Source: Bacilli bacterium (GTDB lineage: Bacteria; Bacillota_I; Bacilli_A; RF39; UBA660). Taken from it: a stretch of 64,000 nt of DNA. The notes beneath the pieces are model-generated. The model did not search any database. It was not told the DNA's origin and saw nothing but the letters and a program-made list of their open reading frames with translations. The stretch spans positions 67,404-131,403 of the forward strand of contig JAFQES010000027.1 in the NCBI GenBank assembly GCA_017398945.1. Direction: 5' to 3'. This document shows, in pieces, positions 9,283 to 19,345 of the stretch. Made by a program: the position numbers and the translations under genes. Each line of letters starts with the position of its first letter. Position 1 is the first letter of the stretch.

Positions 9283-12200
9283 ATGTTAATAACAATTATT
9301 AAAAACAACAAAATACGTCCCTTCTTTTTACCAGCCAAAGTTTATGGTAATTACTGGATTACTGACGAAAACAAACAAAATTTAATAAATATAGAAGCAT
9401 CTAATGACACTTGGGTTTTACGTAGTAATGATGATGTAAAAATTGTAAACAAAGATATGTATTTAGATTCTGTGTTTTTATTAAACTATAGTTATTGCTT
9501 TTTAAAATCTTTAAAAAACAATGAAACTTTTATTATTTATTGCTCGCCAACATATGATGAAAATGTTATAAATTTAAATGTGACTAATAATACCGAGATT
9601 ACTATAGGAAAATCAATTTCATCCAGCATTGTATATGATAATCCAAGTATTGCAGATAATCATTGTAAAATATCTTATATAAATAACACTTGGGATTTTA
9701 AAATATTAGATTCTAAGTTAACGTATATCAATAATAATATAGCTAAAGATGGTAAATTATTTGTTGGAGATTGTATTTTTATTATGGGTTTAAAAGTCAT
9801 TATCGGAACTGATTACATAATAATTAATAATCCTGATAATAAAGTAAAATATAATCCGTCCCATTTACAAGAAAAACAAATTGCTAATACTATACCAGAT
9901 GAAACAAATGAATTAGATGACGAAACAATAGTTGAAATGTATCAAGAGGGAGATTATTTTTTAAGAGCGCCGCGTTTTAAATCAAAAATTGAACCAGAAA
10001 GAATTCTTATAGATCCACCACCTGGAGCAGAAAATATGCAAGAAATGCCTCTTATTTATCAAATTGGACCGATGATTACTATGGGTATGACTTCAATGGT
10101 AACTGTAGCAACCACAATAAGCAATTTAGTCATAAACAATAAACCACTTACTAGTGCAATTCCAAGTTTGCTTATTGCTGTTGCGATGTTAATGTCAATT
10201 ATATTATGGCCATCACTAACGAGACGATATAACAAAAAGCAGAAGAAAAAAAGAGAAGAAAAAAGAAAAAGTAAATATAAAGCTTATTTAGAAACTAAGA
10301 AAAAAGCTATAAGTGAAGCGATTGTTAAGCAAAGACAAATTATGATTGAAAACAATATTTCTTTAGAAGAATGTCAAAATATAATTAATGCCAAAAAAAG
10401 AAATCTATGGGAAAGAGAAATTGAAGATGAAGATTTCCTTACAGTTCGTATAGGAATAGGGTCTGCCAATCCAGACCTGGAAATAAAAGCTCCTGAAGAA
10501 CACTTTACTTTAGAAGATGATGAACTAAGTTTAATTGTCCAAAGCATTGTAAACAGTTCCAAGACAATAGACAACGTGCCAATAAACATATCTTTAACTG
10601 AAAAAAACATTATTGCAACCGTAGGAGCTGAACAAGTAAACAAAGCGTTTATTGACGGACTTATTTTACAATTAGTAACATTCCATAGTTTTGATGAACT
10701 AAAAATTGTTATATTTACTAATGAAGAAAATGTTGAAAAGTGGAGCTATCTAAAAACTTTGCCACATTGTTGGGATGATTTAAAATCTATAAGATTCTTT
10801 GCTAGCAATGCGGAAGATATGAAACAAGTTTCGGCATATTTAGAAAAAATATTTTATGATAGAAAGTATATCGATGAAAAAGAAAGTAATTTAAATTATC
10901 GTAGTTATCGACCATATTATATAGTTATTACAGACAACTTAAAAGTAGCAAGAAACATTGAAATCGTAAAAAAGATACTAAAACAAAAAGTTAATATTGG
11001 TTTTAGTTTATTAATTAAAAATGATCGTCTAACTAATTTACCGGGAGAATGTTCAACATTCTTAAATATTGATGCAAATGGTTCCGGTTTATTTGAAAAT
11101 GAGTTAGTATCAACAAAACAAAAAAGTTTTATTGCTGATATCAATTATAATTTAAACTTAAATCAAATTGCTAAAACATTAGCCAATATACCATTAGAAA
11201 TAAGAAGTCCAGATGGGGCTTTACCTGAAGTAGTATCATTTTTGCAAATGTATAATATTGGGAAAGTAGAACAGTTAAATACTTTAAATCGTTGGAAATC
11301 AAATAATCCAACAATCAGTTTACAAGTTCCAGTTGGAATTGATGAAAATGGCGAGTTATTTAATCTAGATTTACATGAAAAAGTTCATGGTCCGCACGGA
11401 CTTATTGCTGGTATGACTGGTTCAGGTAAAAGTGAATTTATTATAACTTATATTTTATCATTAGCTGTAAACTTTCACCCTGACGAAATACAATTTGTCC
11501 TAATTGACTATAAAGGTGGAGGATTAGCTGGTGCTTTTGAAAATAAAGAAACTGGTATTAAATTACCACACTTAGCAGGAACAATTACCAACTTAGATAC
11601 AATTGAAATGAATAGGTCATTAGCATCCATTCAAAGCGAGCTTCGTCGAAGACAAAGATTATTTAATGAAGCAAGAGATGCGTTAAACGAAAGTACTATA
11701 GATATTTATAAATACCAAAAATTATATCGTGACGGTATGGTAAAAAAACCAATCTCGCATTTATTCATTATATCAGACGAGTTTGCCGAACTAAAAGCTC
11801 AGCAACCAGAATTTATGAGCCAGCTAATTAGTACAGCGCGTATTGGACGTAGTTTAGGGGTACACTTAATTCTAGCAACTCAAAAACCAGCTGGGGTAGT
11901 TGACGATCAAATTTGGTCAAACTCTAAATTTCGTGTGTGTTTAAAAGTTCAAGATAAATCAGACAGTGTGGATATGATTAAGTGTCCTGACGCAGCTACA
12001 TTAAAAAGGACTGGAAGATTTTACTTACAAGTAGGTTATAATGAATTTTTTGCTCTAGGTCAATCTGCATGGTGTGGAGCTCAATATTATCCAGCTGATA
12101 AAGTTAAGAAAAAAGTTGATAATTCAATTGGTTTTATTAATGGGATAGGTCAAATATTTAAAAGTGTTGAGGATGCAAAGAAAAATGTATTAGTTGCATC

Positions 12201-13908
12201 TAAAGGTGAGGAATTACCTAATATTATGAAATATTTAGTAAATATTGCTAAAGAAGAAAATATTCAAACTTCACAATTGTGGTTAGATAGAATTCCAGAT
12301 CACATATATGTTGAAAACTTAAAGAAAAAATACAATTTTCAACCTATGCCATACATAATGCAACCTATTGTTGGGGAATATGATGATCCAAATAATCAAA
12401 AACAAGCATTATTAACAGTACCACTTACACATGATGGAAACCTTATTATTTATGGCGCAGCAGGAAGTGGAAAAGAACAAATGTTAACAACTATTATTTA
12501 TTCATTAATAGTTGATCATAGTGTTGAAGAAGTTAATATTTACGCATTAGACTTTGGAGCAGAAACTCTCAAAGTCTTTACCAAAGCTCCCCATGTTGGC
12601 GATATTTTGTATGTTGGTGATGAAGAAAAAATTGTAAACTTAATTAAGATGTTACAAGAAACTATTGAAAAACGCAAAAAATTATTTGTTGATTATAATG
12701 GTAGTTACACATCATATTGTAAACATAGTGGAAAAACTTTACCGAATATTATCGTTATTATGAATAATTATGAAGTATTCTCTGAGTCATATTATGATTA
12801 TGAGGATATGATATTACAACTAAGTCGTGACGGGTTAAAATATGGAATTATCTTCATTTTAACGACTAGTGGTACCAATACAGTTAAATATCGATTAAGA
12901 CAAAACTTTAAACAAGAGCTTGTGTTACAAATGAATGATAATAGCGATTATATATCTATTTTAGGAAATACTAATAAAGTATATCCTTCTAAGGCAAAAG
13001 GTAGAGGTTTAGTAAAATATGATGCGACTTACGAGTTTCAAACCGCTTATCCTTATAAAGAAAGTGAACAAGTTGAGTATATTAAACAAATTGTTACTAA
13101 ATTAACAGAAGCCTATCCAAACAAAGCTAAGACAGTGCCTATTTTACCAGACAAAGTAACAATAGATTTTGTTAAAGATTACTTATTAGATCTTGTAAGT
13201 ATTCCAATTGGAATTCAAAAAGGAAACCTTGAAATTGAAAGCTTTGATTTTAGAAGTAAGTATGCAACATTAATTACTGGGAACGAAATGGACTTTTACA
13301 AACCATTTGCTAATGCGTTGATTGTAGAATTCTTTAATTTAAACAAATCATCATTATACGTATTTGATACAATGGATATTGTTAAATCAGATGTTTCAAA
13401 AAAAGTTGGTGCACTTAATAGTGGTTTTGACGAGGTAACAATAAAAATTATTGATTATGTTGAAGAATGTCATAAAGTTTATATAGATAATAATTATAGT
13501 AGAGAGTCTTTAAAAGATAAACAACCAATATCTTGGATAATTTTTGGAGTTTCTGATTGGTTAAACCGTCTTGGAAGCGAAGCAAAAGATAAATTTACGA
13601 GCACTATTGAAAAAGGAAAAGACTTAGAAATCCTAAACTTAGTTTTCTATGATTCATTAAGTAATTTAAAGAAATTAGAATATGAAAGTTGGTACAAAAC
13701 TATAATTACCAACAATCGTGGCATTTGGTTAGGTAATGGTATTTCAGACCAATTTACAATTAAATTGTCACGAACTCCGAGAGAACTGCGAGAAATTGTT
13801 GATGTTAATTTTGGCTACTCAATTAAAAATGGAATAGCAACATTAATTAAAGTAGTTGAATATCAAGATACTGATTTAATGTCAGAAAAGGAGGAGCATC
13901 TTGAATAA
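9283..13908 (+). CDS. essC: Type VII secretion FtsK/SpoIIIE-family ATPase EssC/YukB
   Basis: 1541 aa. FHA-like N-terminus, two TM helices (residues about 255-315), then three ATPase-like modules. Canonical Walker A GMTGSGKS and Walker B IISDEF occur in the first module. Confidence 0.9.
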   Translation: MLITIIKNNKIRPFFLPAKVYGNYWITDENKQNLINIEASNDTWVLRSNDDVKIVNKDMYLDSVFLLNYSYCFLKSLKNNETFIIYCSPTYDENVINLNVTNNTEITIGKSISSSIVYDNPSIADNHCKISYINNTWDFKILDSKLTYINNNIAKDGKLFVGDCIFIMGLKVIIGTDYIIINNPDNKVKYNPSHLQEKQIANTIPDETNELDDETIVEMYQEGDYFLRAPRFKSKIEPERILIDPPPGAENMQEMPLIYQIGPMITMGMTSMVTVATTISNLVINNKPLTSAIPSLLIAVAMLMSIILWPSLTRRYNKKQKKKREEKRKSKYKAYLETKKKAISEAIVKQRQIMIENNISLEECQNIINAKKRNLWEREIEDEDFLTVRIGIGSANPDLEIKAPEEHFTLEDDELSLIVQSIVNSSKTIDNVPINISLTEKNIIATVGAEQVNKAFIDGLILQLVTFHSFDELKIVIFTNEENVEKWSYLKTLPHCWDDLKSIRFFASNAEDMKQVSAYLEKIFYDRKYIDEKESNLNYRSYRPYYIVITDNLKVARNIEIVKKILKQKVNIGFSLLIKNDRLTNLPGECSTFLNIDANGSGLFENELVSTKQKSFIADINYNLNLNQIAKTLANIPLEIRSPDGALPEVVSFLQMYNIGKVEQLNTLNRWKSNNPTISLQVPVGIDENGELFNLDLHEKVHGPHGLIAGMTGSGKSEFIITYILSLAVNFHPDEIQFVLIDYKGGGLAGAFENKETGIKLPHLAGTITNLDTIEMNRSLASIQSELRRRQRLFNEARDALNESTIDIYKYQKLYRDGMVKKPISHLFIISDEFAELKAQQPEFMSQLISTARIGRSLGVHLILATQKPAGVVDDQIWSNSKFRVCLKVQDKSDSVDMIKCPDAATLKRTGRFYLQVGYNEFFALGQSAWCGAQYYPADKVKKKVDNSIGFINGIGQIFKSVEDAKKNVLVASKGEELPNIMKYLVNIAKEENIQTSQLWLDRIPDHIYVENLKKKYNFQPMPYIMQPIVGEYDDPNNQKQALLTVPLTHDGNLIIYGAAGSGKEQMLTTIIYSLIVDHSVEEVNIYALDFGAETLKVFTKAPHVGDILYVGDEEKIVNLIKMLQETIEKRKKLFVDYNGSYTSYCKHSGKTLPNIIVIMNNYEVFSESYYDYEDMILQLSRDGLKYGIIFILTTSGTNTVKYRLRQNFKQELVLQMNDNSDYISILGNTNKVYPSKAKGRGLVKYDATYEFQTAYPYKESEQVEYIKQIVTKLTEAYPNKAKTVPILPDKVTIDFVKDYLLDLVSIPIGIQKGNLEIESFDFRSKYATLITGNEMDFYKPFANALIVEFFNLNKSSLYVFDTMDIVKSDVSKKVGALNSGFDEVTIKIIDYVEECHKVYIDNNYSRESLKDKQPISWIIFGVSDWLNRLGSEAKDKFTSTIEKGKDLEILNLVFYDSLSNLKKLEYESWYKTIITNNRGIWLGNGISDQFTIKLSRTPRELREIVDVNFGYSIKNGIATLIKVVEYQDTDLMSEKEEHLE

Positions 13909-14152
13909 ATTATTAGTAAAAATTTCGTATCCAAGAATTAACCAAGAATATGAAATGTTTATTCCAATAAATAAAACCGTTGCAAAGATTTTAATGCTAG
14001 TTCAAAAAGCAATAAGTGAATTAAACGTGGATTTTATTCCTATAAGAAAAGATGCGGTACTGGTAAAAAAGAGTACCGGAGAAGTACTACCTATGACTGA
14101 AATAATTAAAAACACCTCAATTGAACAAGGGGATAGCTTAATATTATTATAA
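13901..14152 (+). CDS. esaB: Ubiquitin-like EsaB/YukD-family T7SS protein
   Basis: 83 aa, overlaps the essC stop, ends ...EQGDSLILL like YukD/EsaB. T7SS context. Confidence 0.6.
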   Translation: MNKLLVKISYPRINQEYEMFIPINKTVAKILMLVQKAISELNVDFIPIRKDAVLVKKSTGEVLPMTEIIKNTSIEQGDSLILL

Positions 14153-14187
14153 TTTACACATATATTTACATTTTATTATAAAATAAT

Positions 14188-14215
14188 TTGTAAATTGTTA
14201 TTGAGGTGTTATAAT
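14188..14215 (+). promoter_or_regulatory. Candidate strong promoter for the WXG100 genes
   Basis: TTGTAA-N16-TATAAT with an extended -10 (TGtTATAAT). SD gggaggtg follows. Confidence 0.5.
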
Positions 14216-14261
14216 AAAAATATAAGGATAGATAAAGATCCAAAATAGGGAGGTGAATTAA

Positions 14262-14558
14262 TTGGCAAACGGAATTAGTGCAAATCCAGAATTAATTAAA
14301 GGTTATGGAGATAATGTAAATCAACTTGGAGCTGATTATACAACAGAAATTAATTCTATTTATTCAACAATTGATGAATTAAATAATAGTTGGAGAGGTG
14401 AAGCTGCTACTCAATTTAATACTACTGTAAAAGGGTATGAACAAGAATTAAAAAAATTAGGAACTAAAATTCAAGATTTAGGGACTGATTTAGGTACAAT
14501 AGCAGGAATCTATGCACGCTTAGAAAGCGATATTGCAGACGCAGCGTCAAAATTATAA
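14262..14558 (+). CDS. esxA: WXG100 family T7SS substrate (EsxA-like)
   Basis: 98 aa helical hairpin with the central W-x-G motif (NSWRGEAATQF). TTG start after a strong SD. Confidence 0.85.
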   Translation: MANGISANPELIKGYGDNVNQLGADYTTEINSIYSTIDELNNSWRGEAATQFNTTVKGYEQELKKLGTKIQDLGTDLGTIAGIYARLESDIADAASKL

Positions 14559-14579
14559 TTATAGAAGGGAATTAAAAAC

Positions 14580-14873
14580 ATGTCAGAATTTAGTATTACT
14601 TTTGAAGAAGTTGCAAGTATTTCAAAAAAACTTAGAACACATGCTGATAAAATGCGTAATATTTTAGAAGATGTAACTTCTAAAGTTAATTCAGTACACG
14701 CTGATGCATGGCAAAGTGCTGCTGCAACTTCACACTTGGAAGAATATAATGTATTAAAAACAAAATATCAAAGTTTTTACGGTGAAGTAATAAAATGCGC
14801 TAATTTCTTAGATGATGCAGTTGAAGCTAGTAGACAAACAGATACTAATATTCAAAATGCAACTACTAATTAA
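14580..14873 (+). CDS. WXG100-like partner protein (EsxB-like, degenerate WXG)
   Basis: 97 aa with the same helix-turn-helix length. The central motif is ADAWQSAAAT (W present, G replaced). Confidence 0.65.
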   Translation: MSEFSITFEEVASISKKLRTHADKMRNILEDVTSKVNSVHADAWQSAAATSHLEEYNVLKTKYQSFYGEVIKCANFLDDAVEASRQTDTNIQNATTN

Positions 14874-14892
14874 TTAGATTATTTTTCAAAAT

Positions 14893-14927
14893 ATAAAGAA
14901 GTCGCAATTATTTTGCGACTTCTTTAT
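14893..14927. terminator. Bidirectional terminator between the convergent esx and tetR genes
   Basis: Perfect 15-bp stem ataaagaagtcgcaa/ttgcgacttctttat, loop ttatt. A/T runs on both sides. Confidence 0.7.
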
Positions 14928-15456
14928 ATATTTTAATAATTCTTTTTATAATATCCTTACTATCTATTTTTAAATCATTGGTAGCTACCAATGTAGCTAA
15001 ACCATTAGCATACAACCATACATGCATAAATAAACTTTTAGCATCTTCAAAAGAGTAACCAAATTTATTAACTAAACTTATTATTGTTGATTGGTTCCAT
15101 TTTTCGTTCAAAACATCATCAATACTTTTCCAATGAAGATTATTCGATAAAAATAAACATTTAAATAGATTTTTATATTCGTTTGCAAATTCAACATAAG
15201 CAACACATAAAGTTACTAAAGCGTTTTTATTATATACTCTTTTGTTAATAAATTCATCATATTGTTTATAAACTTCGTTGTAAATATCTTCTTTAATTTC
15301 ATCCATACCTTTATATAAACGATATAATGGTTTAGTTGAAATTCCAATTTCCTTAGCAATACTTCTTGCGTTTAATGAATCCCAACCATTTTTTTTAACC
15401 ATCGCTACTGCACTATTGATGATAATGGTTTTATCTATCAAATTATTAATAGCCAT
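14908..15456 (-). CDS. TetR/AcrR family transcriptional regulator
   Basis: N-terminal HTH ARSIAKEIGISTKPLYRLY. The start at 15456 is preceded by the SD gaggagg; the track's longer start has no SD. Confidence 0.8.
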   Translation of the reverse strand: MAINNLIDKTIIINSAVAMVKKNGWDSLNARSIAKEIGISTKPLYRLYKGMDEIKEDIYNEVYKQYDEFINKRVYNKNALVTLCVAYVEFANEYKNLFKCLFLSNNLHWKSIDDVLNEKWNQSTIISLVNKFGYSFEDAKSLFMHVWLYANGLATLVATNDLKIDSKDIIKRIIKIYKEVAK

Positions 15457-15542
15457 AATTAATTCCTCCTCGCGGTAACTTATGTTACCAGTATACCACA
15501 AAAAACATTTGCATGTCAAAAAAAACGCCAAAATATGCCAAT

Positions 15543-16355
15543 TTATTTATTATAATTGTCTAAAAAATTATAATTTTTATCTCCTAAATGATAACCAATT
15601 ATTGTTGATAGATTAACATTAGTAACAGTATTATAAATATTAAAATCAAAATATTTGTTGTTTTTTCTTAACTCATTAATTAAATTTTTGATTTCAGCTC
15701 TCTTTCCTTCAGCAGAATTTTTTTCGGTAAATGAACAAGCGCAGTTTATAAATTTTAAGTTATTAAATGAGGCCCAAGAAATAATATCTTTTTCTTTAAC
15801 AAAATACAATGGTCGTATTAACTCCATATTCTCAAAATTATCACTATGCAATTTCGGCATCATAGTTTTAAACTCTCCGCTATAAAACATAGATAATAAA
15901 ATTGTTTCAATAACATCATCAAAATGATGCCCCAATGCAATTTTATTGCATCCTAATTTTTTAGCGTAATCATATAAATATCCTCTTCGCATTCTAGCGC
16001 ACATATAGCAAGGCTTTTCCGTATTCAACATATTAGCTACGGCAAAAACATCACTTTTAAATATCTTTAATGAAATTCCCAGTATTTCAGCGTTCTTTTT
16101 TATTTGTTTTAAATGACTTTCTTTATAACCAGGATCCATAACAATAAATTCTAAAGAAAAATTCATTTTTCCGTGTTTTTGTATTTCTTGTAAACATTTT
16201 GCCAAAATAAAAGAATCTTTACCGCCAGAAATACATACTGCTATTTTATCGTTATCTTGAATTAACTGAAATTCATTTAATGCTTTTATAAATGGAGACC
16301 ATATAGACTTACGGTAAGTTTTTATAATGCTTCTTTCAATATTTTTTAATTTCAT
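15543..16355 (-). CDS. ttcA: PP-loop ATPase, tRNA 2-thiocytidine synthase TtcA-like
   Basis: SGGKDS PP-loop plus Cys clusters (CYMCARMRR, CACSF). Confidence 0.65.
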   Translation of the reverse strand: MKLKNIERSIIKTYRKSIWSPFIKALNEFQLIQDNDKIAVCISGGKDSFILAKCLQEIQKHGKMNFSLEFIVMDPGYKESHLKQIKKNAEILGISLKIFKSDVFAVANMLNTEKPCYMCARMRRGYLYDYAKKLGCNKIALGHHFDDVIETILLSMFYSGEFKTMMPKLHSDNFENMELIRPLYFVKEKDIISWASFNNLKFINCACSFTEKNSAEGKRAEIKNLINELRKNNKYFDFNIYNTVTNVNLSTIIGYHLGDKNYNFLDNYNK

Positions 16356-16408
16356 AAAAATCACCACTAAAATTATATCACAAAAAAATTAGCTAATATT
16401 AGCTAACT

Positions 16409-16774
16409 TTAAAATGTTTTTTCTGAATATGGATAACTATAACTAATTCTTTCATCAAATTCTACATAATCAAGATATATCATCCTTATTAAATACCAAT
16501 TTCCAGTTACTGGATCACTAATTATTAAATGATCTCTACCAGCTTCTTCAATTATGCCGTTATATACTTTATTTTGCCATTCAGTTGAATCTGGATATGA
16601 AACATATGCTTTTACTTTTTTTCCCTTATTTAGTCGTAAGATGTTTTCAATAAAACTTTGCTCCATAGGTAGACTATCTTGATAAGTATTAATGTTTCCC
16701 GGTGGGGTTACTACTTTGTTCTCGTTAGTAGGAAAAGTAGGATTTTGAAAATAATTTCCATTCATTTTTTTCAC
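16409..16774 (-). CDS. gerQ: Spore coat protein GerQ-like
   Basis: SFIENILRLNKGKK...GIIEEAGRDHLIISDP...IYLDYVEFDE matches the GerQ/YwdL C-terminal domain as I recall it. Confidence 0.7.
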   Translation of the reverse strand: MKKMNGNYFQNPTFPTNENKVVTPPGNINTYQDSLPMEQSFIENILRLNKGKKVKAYVSYPDSTEWQNKVYNGIIEEAGRDHLIISDPVTGNWYLIRMIYLDYVEFDERISYSYPYSEKTF

Positions 16775-16849
16775 CTCATCATAAGTATATGTTTAAAAAA
16801 ATTGCTTATTAACACTTTTTTTATTATAATTAACATTAGGAGAATATTT

Positions 16850-17722
16850 ATGGAAGATAAAAAAAATAATACTAAAAAAATTTATAGAATAATTGGTTTA
16901 ATTGCAGGAACTTTTATTCTTGCTTTAAACTATAATTTATTTTTATTACCCAATAACTTAGTCATAGGAGGAACATCTGGCTTATCAATAATTTTTAAGA
17001 ATTTTATAGATCCAACAATATTTATATATGTTGCAACATTTATATTGTTAATTGTCAGCTTTGTATTTTTAGGTTACGATGCTACCAAAAAAACAATAGT
17101 AGGTTCTTTACTATATCCGCTTTTTGTAACATTTACGAAACCTATTGCGGCAGTAATTTTACCTAATTTAGTTTTTGAAGAGTTTATTGTTACTGCAATA
17201 TTAACAGGAGTATTTTACGGAGTTGCTAACGGAATAATTTTTAAAACTGGATTTACTACAGGTGGATCAGATGTTATTATCAAAATGCTAACAAAATATT
17301 TAAAAACACCAGAGGGTAAATCTTCAACTTATATGAATGCGGTTATTATATTAATTGCCGGATTCAGTTTTGGACTACCTAGAGTTGTTTATGCGTTTTT
17401 TGTATTATTTATAAGTACATACTTGATTGATAAAATTATGATTGGTATTTCAGATAGCAAGGTATTTTATATATATACAAAAAATAGTTCGAAAATACGA
17501 GAGGTAATTTTAGAAGAATTAAAAACAGGTTACACTATATTACCAACATTAGGTGGTTATTCTCATGATAACGGGGAACTTATTATGTGTGTAGTTAATA
17601 CAAATGATTATTATTTATTTAAAGAATTAGTTTTAAATATAGACCCAGAAGCATTTATAGTAGTTAATGATTGCTATGATGTTAATGGCGGAGTCAAGAA
17701 GAAAAATTTGCCATTTATATAG
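16850..17722 (+). CDS. YitT-family membrane protein (DUF2179 C-terminal domain)
   Basis: Five or six TM segments plus a soluble C-terminal domain. ATG at 16850 follows the SD aggaga. The track's longer start overlaps gerQ on the antisense strand. Confidence 0.65.
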   Translation: MEDKKNNTKKIYRIIGLIAGTFILALNYNLFLLPNNLVIGGTSGLSIIFKNFIDPTIFIYVATFILLIVSFVFLGYDATKKTIVGSLLYPLFVTFTKPIAAVILPNLVFEEFIVTAILTGVFYGVANGIIFKTGFTTGGSDVIIKMLTKYLKTPEGKSSTYMNAVIILIAGFSFGLPRVVYAFFVLFISTYLIDKIMIGISDSKVFYIYTKNSSKIREVILEELKTGYTILPTLGGYSHDNGELIMCVVNTNDYYLFKELVLNIDPEAFIVVNDCYDVNGGVKKKNLPFI

Positions 17723-17763
17723 AAAAAGGCAAATGGTATAATGAAAGAGTAATAGGTGGTAAT

Positions 17764-18465
17764 ATGAAGTTTATCGAGTTAAAGGATTGTTATAAAGTAT
17801 ATAAAAATGGAGTTACAGCCTTAGCAGATGTTACAGTTAAAATAGCCAAAGGAGAATTTGTCTTTGTTATTGGAGCTAGCGGTAGTGGCAAGTCTACTTT
17901 TATAAAACTTTTATATCGTGAAGAAAAACCCACTAAAGGAAATGTAAATGTTGGTGGGGTTAACGTAGCTAAATTAAGAAATGGTAAAGTATATAAATTA
18001 CGTCGTAAATTGGGGATAGTATTTCAAGATTTTAAATTGCTTCCCAAAATGACTGTTTATGAAAATGTTGCTTTTGCTTTGGAAACAATGGGAATTAAAG
18101 AAAGCGAAATTCGCCCTAGAGTAATTGAGGCCTTGGATCATGTTGGACTAAAAGATAAATTAAGAAGTTTCCCTAACCAATTATCTGGAGGAGAACAACA
18201 AAGAGTTTGTATTGCTAGAGCAATTGTAAATGAACCTAAATTGTTAATTTGCGATGAGCCTACCGGAAATTTAGACCCTGATACATCAAAAGAAATAATG
18301 AATGTATTAGAAAAAATTAACAAAGAATTGGGAACCACTATTATAATGGCTACTCATGATAAAGAGATAGTTAACAAAATGAAGAAAAGGGTTATTCTAC
18401 TTGAACAGGGTGTGTTAACAGGGGATTACTTGAAAGGAAGTTATAAAGCACATGAAGGCAATTAG
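17764..18465 (+). CDS. ftsE: Cell division ATP-binding protein FtsE
   Basis: Walker A GASGSGKST, ABC signature LSGGEQQR, Walker B LLICDEPTG. Confidence 0.9.
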   Translation: MKFIELKDCYKVYKNGVTALADVTVKIAKGEFVFVIGASGSGKSTFIKLLYREEKPTKGNVNVGGVNVAKLRNGKVYKLRRKLGIVFQDFKLLPKMTVYENVAFALETMGIKESEIRPRVIEALDHVGLKDKLRSFPNQLSGGEQQRVCIARAIVNEPKLLICDEPTGNLDPDTSKEIMNVLEKINKELGTTIIMATHDKEIVNKMKKRVILLEQGVLTGDYLKGSYKAHEGN

Positions 18466-19345
18466 AATATTAATAAGAAGTTTAAGAGATTCATTAAAAA
18501 GTATCTTTCGTAATTTTAGTTTAAGTATCGCATCTATTGCGTGTACAGCAATAACCCTAATATTGGTAGCAATATCACTAGTTGTATCATTTAATGTTAA
18601 TAAAGTAACTAAAGAGTTAGAGCAAGAATTAACAATAGTGGTTTATTTAGACAGAGAAACAACTATTGAACAAGTTGAACAAATAGAAGGCCAAATCATA
18701 AGTATAGACAATGTTAGCGACGTAGTTTATAAAAGTAAAGATGAATGGAAGGTTGAAATGCAAAACTACTCATCAACTCTAGATACAACATTATCTTATT
18801 TGGAAACTAATCCCTTACTTGATTCTTTTGTTGTAAAGGTTAATGATGCGACACATTTAAAAGAAACAAATAATCAAATAGCGGCAATTGAAAATGTTGA
18901 ATCTTCAAGTTATGGTGAAGGGATGGTTGAAAAGTTATTGTCAATTTTTGATATAGTTGAAAAAGTAACAATAATACTTGTTTTATCTCTTGTAATGGTA
19001 ACTGCATTTCTAATTAATAACACAATTAAATTAACTATATTTTCTCGAAAAAATGAAATAGAAATTATGCGATTAGTTGGAACCAGTAATACAGCTATAA
19101 AGTTACCTTTCTTATTTGAAGGATTCTTTATTGGAATAATAGGTTCTATAATTCCAATAGTTTTAACAATATATGGATACGTTATTGCCTATGATTATTT
19201 TGAAGGATATTTATTTAGTCAAATCATTACATTAATAAAACCATTTAACTTTATTTTATGGGTTTCATTGGCTCTCATTGCTATTGGTTCATTAGTAGGC
19301 ATGTTTGCAAGTATTAGAGCTGTTAGAAAGTATTTGAAAATATGA
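18452..19345 (+). CDS. ftsX: Cell division permease FtsX
   Basis: Overlaps ftsE. TM1, large extracellular loop, then three C-terminal TMs. EIEIMRLVG motif. Confidence 0.85.
   Translation: MKAIRILIRSLRDSLKSIFRNFSLSIASIACTAITLILVAISLVVSFNVNKVTKELEQELTIVVYLDRETTIEQVEQIEGQIISIDNVSDVVYKSKDEWKVEMQNYSSTLDTTLSYLETNPLLDSFVVKVNDATHLKETNNQIAAIENVESSSYGEGMVEKLLSIFDIVEKVTIILVLSLVMVTAFLINNTIKLTIFSRKNEIEIMRLVGTSNTAIKLPFLFEGFFIGIIGSIIPIVLTIYGYVIAYDYFEGYLFSQIITLIKPFNFILWVSLALIAIGSLVGMFASIRAVRKYLKI

Noticed and set aside
16679-16849. The track's long N-terminal extension of the YitT-family gene overlaps gerQ on the opposite strand.
   Set aside because: The extension is antisense to a well-supported gene and lacks an SD. 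The ATG at 16850 follows aggaga and starts just before the first TM helix.
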